DNA of 64,000 nt. It comes from Bryobacterales bacterium. GTDB taxonomy: Bacteria > Acidobacteriota > Terriglobia > Bryobacterales > Bryobacteraceae. The DNA lies in contig JBBRRB010000020.1 in the NCBI GenBank assembly GCA_038225555.1, forward strand, positions 10,966 through 74,965, written 5' to 3'. Numbering within the stretch: position 1 is the stretch's first letter; every line of letters begins with the position of its first letter. Below are positions 27,785 to 36,167 of this stretch, piece by piece. Under the pieces are notes generated by a model, which worked only from the letters and a program-made list of their open reading frames with translations, searched no databases and had not been told where the DNA came from. The position numbers were made by a program, and so were the translations under genes.

Positions 27785-29995
27785 CTAAGCGTTCGTTGGA
27801 TGGTAATACTTTGAATAATTCTGATAACCGTAGTAGTAATATTGACCCTTCATGTCATCTCTCACTTCGTTAAGCACGATCCCGATTACGTTCTGTTTCA
27901 GACGCTTTAGATTAGTAAGAACGCTCGCGACGGCGTTCCGGTCCGTCTGCCCTGCCAAGGCTACGACGACCACTCCGTCCACCAGGGTGGCCATCTTGAG
28001 CGCCTCGGCGAAGCCTAGGACAGGTGGCGCGTCGACAATGACGAGATCGTAATCATCCTCAGCTTCGCTCAAGACCTTGGCCAAAAAGGCACCGAGTAGA
28101 TCCGCGGCGCGACGCGATGCCGGGCCGGCCGGGAGAATATCGAGGTCGGGATAAATTGCCGATTTCTGAAGGACGCCGCGCCATTCGGCGTCCCCTTTGA
28201 TGACTGTGGAGACGCCGATTTGGTTCGGTATTCCCAGACGGACGTGAATCGAGGGGCGGCGCAAATCGGCGTCGATCAACAAGGTCCTGTGATTTTGAAG
28301 GCTGTGAGCGATGGCGAGATGCACAGCGGTGGTAGTCTTGCCCTCGCGGGGCGTGGCCGAGGTCATCAGCAGCGAACGCGTGCGCCGACTCAGGTCGGAG
28401 AGCAGGATGGTATCCCGCACCATCCGGATGGATTCTTCAAATGCCTCAGTTTGACTATTACGGCGACCGGCTGTCACCAAAGCGGTTTCGGGACCATGAA
28501 TCAAAGGCGCCGAGCGACCGTACCAGTTTCTGACTAAAGGAAGCGCGCCGAGGACCTCGGTTTTGAGCCGTTTCTGGATCTGCTCCGGGTCACGTACCGT
28601 GTTGTCTAACGTGTCTGCCATGACGGCGGCGCCTATCGCGAGCAGAATAGAGAAGAGGAGCGCCAGAATGCCGTTTAACCGGATATTGGGAAAGACCGGA
28701 AGCAAGGCAGGCCGGGCCGAATCTGATAAACGGATGGAGTTGTTCTGAAAGCTGGAATTGATCCCGGCTTCCTTTATCTTATGCAGGAGTTCGTCATAGA
28801 ATTTCTTATCCGTTTCGGCTTCCTGTTTTACGGCTTTGTACTCGAACGACCTTGCATTGAGCTTGTCGAACTCAGCCTTGGTTTGCTGAACGGCTGTTTT
28901 CAACATGGCTTCGCGATTGACCGCTTCCTGGTAGTCAAAGTCGACACGCTGACCGACGTTGCGTTTCATGGCGTCAAACTGACGCTCGAGTTCCGTTAAT
29001 TGCGCGGAAACCTTCTTATATTCAGGGTGACCGGCGCCGTACTGGGTTTTGACCACCGCGAACTTTTCACGGGCTTCATCGACCCGGTCGGCCATTCTAC
29101 GCAGTTGTTCACCTTGAAGGGACGCCTGCGCCGCCTGGAGAGAGCCGCCTTTAGTGGAGTTGAATGCGGCCTGCCTTCGGACCCGATCGGCCTGGGCGGT
29201 AGTGAATTCTGTGTTGAGCTGCAGCAGCCTGGAGGAGAGTATGCTGGTCTTCTCGTCAGGATTAATCACGCTTAGGTCTTTTTCGAACTGGAACAGGGCG
29301 GCCGAGGAGCGCTCCATTTTAGCCTTCATCTCTTCAATCTGCTTTTCCATGAAAGCCGAGAGCCCGGCAGTGGCACGGAAGCGGATATTGTAGGTGTGTT
29401 CGATGTAGCTTTGGGCCACTCCGTTGGCGACGTTGGCAGCCAGTTCCGGGTCAGGTGAGCGGTAGCTGATGAGCAGCAGGTATGTGTTGCGCGGCCGGGT
29501 CACCTTAAGGTTCTTAAGGGTGACCGGAGCATTCTGGGCGCGCGCGGATGGGAGCTTACCGCGTTGTTTGCCGACTTCGCTGATTCGGACCTGGAAACGT
29601 TCCACGACGGGCCGCAGAACAGAATCGGACTGGATCGCGTTGACCTGAGTGGCAAGGAATTGATCTGCGTCGTTGGGCGCCATGCGTGACGCATCCTGAC
29701 CTATGAAGCCTGCGGGAGCTTGGCGGTCAATGTCGATGGTGGACGTGGATTCGTAAATCGGTGTGAGGCGGGAGGAAACCACGATGGTCGCGGCAACGGC
29801 AGTGACGACAAAAGCCAGTATGCTCCATTTGTGGCGCTTTAGGACCCATACGTAGTGGGAGAGCGGGACAGAGGTTTCTTCCGGCTCGGGCTCCGTGTAG
29901 GCGTACGACGGATAGATAGTGCGCGCCGGTAGAATGTTGGCGCTTGACTCGCTCACATGAGCGGCTAAAGCGAGGAGTTCCGATTGTTCAGGCAT
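27785..29995 (-). CDS. wzc: Polysaccharide co-polymerase / tyrosine autokinase (Wzc, GumC/EpsG type)
   Basis: Wzz-like N-terminus (HYVWVLKRHKWSILAFVVTAVAATIVVSSRLTPIYES), a long coiled-coil and a second TM. Walker A SATPREGKTTTAVHLA, LLIDADLRRPS, YDLVIVDAPPVLG. C-terminal Tyr cluster GQYYYYGYQNYSKYYH. The maximal ORF extends to 30052. Confidence 0.9.
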   Translation of the reverse strand: MPEQSELLALAAHVSESSANILPARTIYPSYAYTEPEPEETSVPLSHYVWVLKRHKWSILAFVVTAVAATIVVSSRLTPIYESTSTIDIDRQAPAGFIGQDASRMAPNDADQFLATQVNAIQSDSVLRPVVERFQVRISEVGKQRGKLPSARAQNAPVTLKNLKVTRPRNTYLLLISYRSPDPELAANVANGVAQSYIEHTYNIRFRATAGLSAFMEKQIEEMKAKMERSSAALFQFEKDLSVINPDEKTSILSSRLLQLNTEFTTAQADRVRRQAAFNSTKGGSLQAAQASLQGEQLRRMADRVDEAREKFAVVKTQYGAGHPEYKKVSAQLTELERQFDAMKRNVGQRVDFDYQEAVNREAMLKTAVQQTKAEFDKLNARSFEYKAVKQEAETDKKFYDELLHKIKEAGINSSFQNNSIRLSDSARPALLPVFPNIRLNGILALLFSILLAIGAAVMADTLDNTVRDPEQIQKRLKTEVLGALPLVRNWYGRSAPLIHGPETALVTAGRRNSQTEAFEESIRMVRDTILLSDLSRRTRSLLMTSATPREGKTTTAVHLAIAHSLQNHRTLLIDADLRRPSIHVRLGIPNQIGVSTVIKGDAEWRGVLQKSAIYPDLDILPAGPASRRAADLLGAFLAKVLSEAEDDYDLVIVDAPPVLGFAEALKMATLVDGVVVVALAGQTDRNAVASVLTNLKRLKQNVIGIVLNEVRDDMKGQYYYYGYQNYSKYYHPTNA

Positions 29996-30008
29996 GTGCA
30001 GTGGATTC

Positions 30009-30956
30009 CTAACGAGTGGTGTAAATGAGGGCGCTGCCGGCGACGCCCCCAAAGGCCAGAACTCTTTCTAGGGCCGTGACGGCAAGCCGCCTGCCGGAAT
30101 TATCTGGAATGTAGAGGATGTCGTTGGCGGCCAGCACAACGTCGGGAGCCTGGCGCTTCATGATCTTCTCGAGCGGGACGGGGAGTTCGGTTTTAGGGCC
30201 GCTGCCCTGCTGTCGATATATAAAGGCCTGCCTCGCGGCGTAGGGGATCAGACCTTCGGCGAGCGCCAATATCTGGAGAACCGTGGTGTCAGCGCCTTCC
30301 TGAAGGGGGAATGCGCCCGGCTTTTTCACGTTGCCCATAATGTAGATCTTGCTGACCTCCGGAACGCGCACTTCTTCCCCGCCATTGAGCAGGATGTTCG
30401 TGGCGGGGTCGGCGCCGTCCATGAGACTACGCACCATGATGCGGCGGGTCTGCATGACCGCCTGACCTTCAGGTCCAGGCTGCGGGCTGCTGATCAGGAT
30501 CTCGCGGCCGGCATCCTCGCGCAGGCCTTGTGCCCTGGCCAGAGCCGCCAGAAGCGAGGTAGGGCCTTCGGCCTGGAAAACCAAAGGCACTTTGACCGCG
30601 CCGGCAACACTGATGGGACGGCTGTGATACTCGGCGATAGTAACGGTAACGAACGGATTGGTGAGGAGTTCTTCCTGCCGGAGCGCTGAGGCAATGACGG
30701 TCTCCAATTCGGCTGGATAGAGACCGTCCGCCTTTACCAGTTGCTTGAGCATGGGAAGGCGGATGTAGCCGTTGGTTCCTACTCTGATGCTACGGCTCAA
30801 CTCGGGGGCATCATAGACGGAAACGGCAATCAAATCATTTGGGCCGACTGATTGGGCGGGCAGGTTTGGGCCGAGTTCGGGCGAGGTCGTGGGCCGATTG
30901 GGTTGCTGCGCGAGTGCAGCGGATAGTGAAAGAATTAGCGAGGTTAGATGGCGCAT
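30009..30956 (-). CDS. wza: Outer-membrane polysaccharide export protein (Wza; Poly_export + SLBB)
   Basis: GPNDLIAVSVYDAPELSRSIRVGTNGYIRLPMLKQLVKADGLYPAELETVIASAL; SLBB-like VKKPGAFPLQEGADTTVLQILALAEG. ATG 30956 gives the signal peptide MRHLTSLILSLSAALAQ. Confidence 0.9.
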   Translation of the reverse strand: MRHLTSLILSLSAALAQQPNRPTTSPELGPNLPAQSVGPNDLIAVSVYDAPELSRSIRVGTNGYIRLPMLKQLVKADGLYPAELETVIASALRQEELLTNPFVTVTIAEYHSRPISVAGAVKVPLVFQAEGPTSLLAALARAQGLREDAGREILISSPQPGPEGQAVMQTRRIMVRSLMDGADPATNILLNGGEEVRVPEVSKIYIMGNVKKPGAFPLQEGADTTVLQILALAEGLIPYAARQAFIYRQQGSGPKTELPVPLEKIMKRQAPDVVLAANDILYIPDNSGRRLAVTALERVLAFGGVAGSALIYTTR

Positions 30957-31167
30957 TCGGAATAATCTTTTCCTTGGGAGACCGGATTGCCCGTCGTCAA
31001 ACGCGACTATGGGCAAGCTTCGCCACTTCAGCCACATCGAGGTAGTGTAGGATCACCGTGCTTTTAATGGACATAACTCTGGATCAGCAGCAACGATTTC
31101 CGTTCTGGAGATCCGGCGATTATGTCGTACAAAAGTATGGTATGAAACGTGGTGCGAAAGTCTCACG

Positions 31168-32439
31168 TTAAATATGCGGATTTGACATAGCGTTCAATTC
31201 GACCTCGCGCAAGATAACGTATCCCTCGACGCGCGTGGTGCCCGGCGTTCGCTCATACCGGAGGGCCAATCGCACCATTTTGCAAGCCGGCGGCGCGAGG
31301 AACGACATTTCATGGGCGTCCGTTTCCGAGGACAGGCTGGCGCTGTCCTTCAAGGTATGCCCATCCATGTCTGAGATATTCCAGTGAAGTCCTGTGTTCG
31401 GGGGTATGCCGGAGGTGCGCAATTGGCAAGTAAGCCGGTAGGTGGTGTTCCCTTGAACCGGCGCGAGTTGCATCAGCGGCTCAGAGCGCTCCTCTTGGCG
31501 TCCGGAAAACGTGATGCGAAGACCTGGCGGATCTTCCTCGAAAGACGAAATCACTCCAACGACTTGCCGTAATCGCCAGTCAATCCCGTGCGAGGTGGGC
31601 TGACTCGCAAAATTCCCATTCGTCAATACGGTTCCGCTTGCGGCAGCCACAGGGCCGGATGGAATCCGGTGCGAGGCGGCGAGGCGGTTCCAGATTTCGA
31701 GGCCATCGTTAGTGCGCTGGTTGTCGAGCAGGCGGTCGCACACCTGGAGCAGGACCGCGACGTCCGATTCCCGAGTGTCTTGAAGCAGGCGACGGCTTGA
31801 GGGACCCAACAAGCCGATCTGGTTCAAGCTGAGTATATAGGCCAAGTACTGCGCGCGAACGTCCGGCCGCGCGATCTGGAGCCGATCGATCAAGTTGCCA
31901 TCTTCGGCCACCTTTCCGCAGAGACGGAACAGCGAGCGCGGGTCGCCGTAAACGACGGCTGCCGATTCCTTGGCCCAAGCCCAAAATCGAGCGTTGTCAT
32001 TGCGCCGAAGGTAGAAATTGGCGAGGGTCCATCGAGGCAGGTACTGCTTATCTTCGCGAGCGGCCCGCAGGAAGCAGCGTTCGGCCGAAGTCAACTCGCC
32101 TCCGGCTTCATGCCGAAGCCCGAGTTCGATCCAGGAGGGTCCGTCGGAGGGATTCAGAGCGAGAGCCTGCTGTAAAGCTTCCATGGCTCGCCGGCTATTC
32201 CTATCGGGTTCGAGGATTGCGAGCCGGAGGTAGGCCTCGGCTTGTCCGGGGGTATATGCGATTGCTGTCTCTGTAGCGCGAATCGTTTCCTGCCGATAGA
32301 AATAATCGGAAGATGCGAGGCGAACAGACCAGGCTGCGGCCACGACGAACCCACCAATCAGCGCGACGTTAGTTGAAGCGCTTACTAACGACCGTACCCG
32401 GGCCCTTGCCGGCGAATCAACCGCGCCGAAGCTCTTCAC
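31168..32439 (-). CDS. Membrane-anchored TPR protein with a C-terminal beta-sandwich (CBM-like) domain
   Basis: GTG start and one N-terminal TM (NVALIGGFVVAAAWSV). TPR-like AEAYLRLAILEPDRNSRRAMEALQQALALNPSDGPSWIELGLRHEAGG. C-terminal about 150 aa is beta-rich (LTNGNFASQPTSHGIDWRL...). Confidence 0.65.
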   Translation of the reverse strand: MKSFGAVDSPARARVRSLVSASTNVALIGGFVVAAAWSVRLASSDYFYRQETIRATETAIAYTPGQAEAYLRLAILEPDRNSRRAMEALQQALALNPSDGPSWIELGLRHEAGGELTSAERCFLRAAREDKQYLPRWTLANFYLRRNDNARFWAWAKESAAVVYGDPRSLFRLCGKVAEDGNLIDRLQIARPDVRAQYLAYILSLNQIGLLGPSSRRLLQDTRESDVAVLLQVCDRLLDNQRTNDGLEIWNRLAASHRIPSGPVAAASGTVLTNGNFASQPTSHGIDWRLRQVVGVISSFEEDPPGLRITFSGRQEERSEPLMQLAPVQGNTTYRLTCQLRTSGIPPNTGLHWNISDMDGHTLKDSASLSSETDAHEMSFLAPPACKMVRLALRYERTPGTTRVEGYVILREVELNAMSNPHI

Positions 32440-32527
32440 CGGCAGCTTGTGCTCTCTAATTATAGAAATGTGAGTATATATCCCATTGTATTCAAGGGTC
32501 TAAGTGAGAGTAGGGCTATTATTAATA

Positions 32528-32555
32528 TTGCAATTATCGTTATTCAAACTATACT
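32528..32555 (+). promoter_or_regulatory. Sigma-70-like promoter candidate in an AT-rich divergent intergenic region
   Basis: TTGCAA (32528-32533), 16-nt spacer, TATACT (32550-32555). It lies 14 nt upstream of the ATG at 32569. The region 32450-32568 is conspicuously AT-rich against the GC-rich background. Confidence 0.3.
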
Positions 32556-32568
32556 GGAAATCAGAGTG

Positions 32569-33447
32569 ATGTACAAGTCAGTAATTTCAAGCATATTAAG
32601 CGCCTGCCTGGCGAGCGCGGCTCCTGTGTCTCTTGGAACGATTCAATCGACGGGAGAATTCCGTGTTGACGGCTCCACAATTAGTGGAAATGCGACTGCG
32701 TTTGACGGGAACCTGATAGAGACAATCTCGGCGCGCGCTGTCGTGCAACTGGGCCGTGAGCAGATCACGCTGTCGCCCAATTCGATTGTGAAGTTGTATC
32801 ACGGTCGCAGTGTTCTGGAGAAAGGGACGAGCTTAGTTAGGGATGCAAACCATGTGATTGAAGCCGCGACCTTGCAGATCTCTTCGACGTCGAAAAATTC
32901 ACTGTTGCAAGTTGAGATGCCGGGTCCAAATCACATTTCCGTGGCGGCTCACGCCGGATCCATCGAAGTACACAATGGAGCAGGCCTTCTCATTGCTCGA
33001 TTAAACGCGGGCATGGCGGTGGATTTCGAACCCAAATCCGGGATCATGACTTCAACGAACATGACAGGTGTGCTTGAGGTCCGTGACGGCAGATTCTATT
33101 TAACGGATAAAACTGCACACGTCACCGCGGAATTGCGGGGGGCCGATTTGGCGAAGTACTCGGGTAAAACGGTTGAGGTGGGGGGCGATATTATTCCGGG
33201 CACCACGCCGGCGGGCGGTGCTTCTCTCGTCGTACAGGTGACCGCGACGAAGCTGGCACTCGCGGCCTTAGCGGCTGCAACCCCAGGCGCAGTCGTCGCT
33301 ACCGCGGGTGTTTCAAGCAGCGCCATTGCAGGAGTTAGCATGACGACCGCGATTGCCATAGGCGGTGGCGTGGCCGCTGCCGGAAGTGTCATTGGTTTGG
33401 CGAGGGCCGGAACGTTCAGCAGTGCTCCCGCAGCGAGCAGGCCGTAA
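32569..33447 (+). CDS. Secreted FecR-like domain protein with a C-terminal Gly/Ala zipper
   Basis: The ATG at 32569 gives the signal MYKSVISSILSACLASAAP. FecR-like GEFRVDGSTISGNATAFDGNLIETISARAVVQLGREQITLSPNSIVKL. C-terminal AIAGVSMTTAIAIGGGVAAAGSVIGLA. The track ORF starts at 32449. Confidence 0.6.
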   Translation: MYKSVISSILSACLASAAPVSLGTIQSTGEFRVDGSTISGNATAFDGNLIETISARAVVQLGREQITLSPNSIVKLYHGRSVLEKGTSLVRDANHVIEAATLQISSTSKNSLLQVEMPGPNHISVAAHAGSIEVHNGAGLLIARLNAGMAVDFEPKSGIMTSTNMTGVLEVRDGRFYLTDKTAHVTAELRGADLAKYSGKTVEVGGDIIPGTTPAGGASLVVQVTATKLALAALAAATPGAVVATAGVSSSAIAGVSMTTAIAIGGGVAAAGSVIGLARAGTFSSAPAASRP

Positions 33448-33490
33448 ATTGGGGGCGTGGCTACAAGGAACGCTGCGCTCTGAGTGACTA

Positions 33491-33847
33491 TCAGCTCCTT
33501 TCGGAGGCCGAAGATGGACGCATTTCGGCTCCGTCGCTCGGCCTGAGCTCCTCGCGAGTGATGAAATACAGAAAGACGATAAAAATCAACAGGGCAGTTC
33601 CATAGATGAAGAGATCTCGCCGTTTGCGACGCCAGGTCTTTACGTTTTGGGTAGCGCGAATTTCCCGTTCGGTCGATTTGTGTTCCAATGAGGGGGCTTC
33701 GATATCCGCAGAGCGGCTGTGCAGAAAGCGATGCTTACACTTGGGGCAACGATAAGGATAGTATCGTACTATGCTCGCCAGCCTTTCAAACGCACCATGA
33801 CGAGGGGAGCGGCGCGCACTCTCGGCCTTGCATTGCGGGCACAACAT
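33491..33847 (-). CDS. Zinc-ribbon membrane protein (hypothetical)
   Basis: MLCPQCKAES...YRCPKCKHRF (two CxxC pairs), a basic linker, then one TM (LFIYGTALLIFIVFLYFI). Confidence 0.6.
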   Translation of the reverse strand: MLCPQCKAESARRSPRHGAFERLASIVRYYPYRCPKCKHRFLHSRSADIEAPSLEHKSTEREIRATQNVKTWRRKRRDLFIYGTALLIFIVFLYFITREELRPSDGAEMRPSSASERS

Positions 33848-33907
33848 TAATTAAACCCTTTAAGCAAGTGTATCAATTCAGCAGTGGATCGCATTTCTCA
33901 AAATTGA

Positions 33908-34408
33908 CTACCCGGCGAGGCCAATCCAGCCCCGATCTACTACCGCCGCCACCGACCGCTGTAGAAGGCTCACTGACACTACCACCCGGAGGCTGCCAGT
34001 TTTCGAGGTGACGATTACACCTTCAACGCCCGCCAAGGGTCCGGCCTCGAGTCGTATTTTCTGGCCTGCGCTAAGATACGGCCAGGACGTAAATACAATT
34101 CTGGAGGCTATCATCGCCAGGATTGTCTCGATCTCGGCCTCGTCGACCGCAACTGGATTCTTCCCGACGCCGAGCACCTGGAGAACTCCGGGGGTGTCCA
34201 CGATTCGAAGCCATTGCAATGGATCGAAGCGGCAGAACAGATAACCGGAAAACAACGCCTCATCCACGTCAATGGTTCTGTCGGACCACCGCCGTCTCAC
34301 ACGATGCGTTGGCACGAGCACCTCGAATCCTCTGAGTGAAAGCTGCTCCGAAACGCGAGACTCGGTGCGTGGCGCGACCCGGACTGCATACCAAGGGCTC
34401 TTTCCCAC
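33908..34408 (-). CDS. NusG-family paralog (RfaH/UpxY-like operon-specific antiterminator)
   Basis: NGN-like N-terminus WYAVRVAPRTESRVSEQLSLRGFEVLVP...LFSGYLFCRF. KOW-like GQKIRLEAGPLAGVEGVIV. GTG start with GAGG 10 nt upstream. It heads the minus-strand EPS locus. Confidence 0.85.
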   Translation of the reverse strand: MGKSPWYAVRVAPRTESRVSEQLSLRGFEVLVPTHRVRRRWSDRTIDVDEALFSGYLFCRFDPLQWLRIVDTPGVLQVLGVGKNPVAVDEAEIETILAMIASRIVFTSWPYLSAGQKIRLEAGPLAGVEGVIVTSKTGSLRVVVSVSLLQRSVAAVVDRGWIGLAG

Positions 34409-34549
34409 TTCTGCACTACCTCACGCTTACAAAGGTAACATTATTGTGAAAATGGTTCGTAAATTGCCGGACAATGCGACTCTAAATGCTGAACGAAATC
34501 GCCCAATACACTTTCGCGAAAAAGGATAATGCACAGGAGAACGGAAATG

Positions 34550-34572
34550 TGGTGGCCAGGAACGGAATCGAA
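34550..34572 (-). other. Orphan tRNA 3-prime-end-like 23-mer (T-loop, 3-prime T-stem, acceptor strand, ACCA) with no 5-prime half
   Basis: The minus strand reads ttcgatt-ccgtt-cctggcc-a-cca. This has the same 7+5+7+1+3 layout as the tRNA-Glu-derived repeat at 35490. The upstream sequence cannot form an acceptor or a good T stem. Confidence 0.35.
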
Positions 34573-35489
34573 CCACCGACGCCAGCTATGCGCGCGATTG
34601 TCGCTGCCTGTTCTTTGTTGTCTTACCAATCACGAGACAACAAATGATTCTCTATCCATTCAGGACACCACCATCACCTTGGAAGGGGAGGAGAGCGGAC
34701 TGAACTGAAGATCGAAGGAGCAAACTGCCTGTGACTGCAGTTGTTGCCATTTTCGCGGTTTGATCACGCTTCGTTCACACCGTACCAGTATCGACACATT
34801 TGCAACGTGTACCCAGTAGCGCGGTAGCGGGATGGATTTGGCCGGAGTATCGCACAGCAGAGTGATTATCCGGTTGGGCATGAGGCGTCAAGATATGGAT
34901 TGCAAGGGGTGCACGACGAAAAGTAGAGAAGCCTTGAGTCTCTTTTTTATGGCGCATATCCTAGCGTATGCTTACGCTTGGACGGACCGATGTTCTCCTT
35001 GGTCTGCGCCCTTCCCTCCCCTATCTCCGTGGAAGATTGCTCTTCTTTGTTCGACAGGTTCACAGGTACATGGCGCAGTCCGACTCCTCTGAAAACATGC
35101 CTGTCCGCTGTGCGGCACATAGCCTTTTCGGACCGGTCTCGGCTCTGGTTGAGCCAAGAAGTTTCAGAGGTCTCCCGGTTCTCGTGCATGTTGTTTCTCT
35201 GCGTGCGCAGGTTCTCAGACTACGCAGGGCCGGCCACTCGCGATAACGCGACATGCCGTGTTGCCTTCCCGCTTGAGGATACGGTCGGCGTCCCTGATCT
35301 ATCCCTCTTCGAAGCTCAATAGCCCGGCCCACCGATGCCCCTGTCTACTACGCTTCGACTGAAACCTCGCGGCGTCACCCGCAAGACTCGGGGTCAAGAT
35401 GGAGTTCGCTTTCTCCTTTCGTAAGGCTCTTTCATCCTCTAGAACATGCCGATTTACCCCGGCGCATCGCCCGTAAGTCTATGAAAACA

Positions 35490-35512
35490 TGGTAGCGCTA
35501 ACGGGAATCGAA
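35490..35512 (-). repeat. 23-bp direct repeat of the tRNA-Glu 3-prime end (att-like)
   Basis: tggtagcgctaacgggaatcgaa is identical to 40060-40082. The flanks diverge immediately on both sides. Confidence 0.75.
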
Positions 35513-36167
35513 AGAGTTACTGGCCAGTCCTGCTCAGTGGAGTTCGGTCCAAGTGGTTGATTCTTCATGCTGCCTGTTCGCGAAAAGCCCCAAAAACCGC
35601 CCACAGGCTCATGGCGTGTGAGGTCGGTGTGATGTTTTTGCTTGAAGTAGACCCTCAGTCTCAGATGCTTTCTGACTCTGTCCCGTCGCCGTCCAGCCCC
35701 TGAAAATCGAGGACCTGTTCCGCGTCATGGTCGGGCCGACTGGCTTACATATTGGTTTCTCATCAAGTGTTCGAATCGTTTGGAACGGCTTTTCAGTCGA
35801 AGGCAGAAATTCGGTTTTTCTCGTATTGCCCATCCGCATCGCACGTCGGCTAGCAAGTTGCTAGTGAGAAGGGGATTTCGCGACAGGAAAGGGCGAATCG
35901 CCCCACCCGCCCGTCTGGGCCATCCTCCGAGCGGCCGACGATCCGGCCAGAGCGGTTCATAGCCGGTCACAAGCGCGTTTACCGGGACTGATCGTGGTCT
36001 GCTTCGGTCGGTTTTGGGTCCGTGGTCTCCCGTTCCCAAATGCGAGGCACCTGGGGCACCCATTTCAGTGGAAGAACACACTTCCATGGCACCTAGACTA
36101 GGCCCCGCCGCCAAAGTCAGAATCCTCCGCTTCAAAAAGCTTCCGCCATTCGGCATGACCCTGGTCT

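Noticed and set aside
34550-34640. Possibility that the tRNA-like end belongs to a tmRNA or a complete tRNA
   Set aside because: No complementary 5-prime acceptor strand (ggccagg) occurs within 100 or about 360 nt upstream. The acceptor would lack the G3:U70 pair of tmRNA. The T stem would need three GU pairs.
34821-34831. ops-like element GCGGTAGCGGG (close to the E. coli RfaH ops GGCGGTAGCGTG) near the NusG paralog
   Set aside because: It lies on the plus strand, antisense to the NusG-like gene and the EPS operon, with no plus-strand gene downstream. Recognition of ops by this distant NusG paralog is also not established.
35513-36167. Search for an integrase or excisionase at the islet ends (also 39519-40059), including track ORF 35725..36171
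   Set aside because: No R..H.LRH..Y-type or serine-recombinase motifs appear in any frame I read. ORF 35725..36171 has a TTG start and an Arg/Pro/Gly-rich composition.
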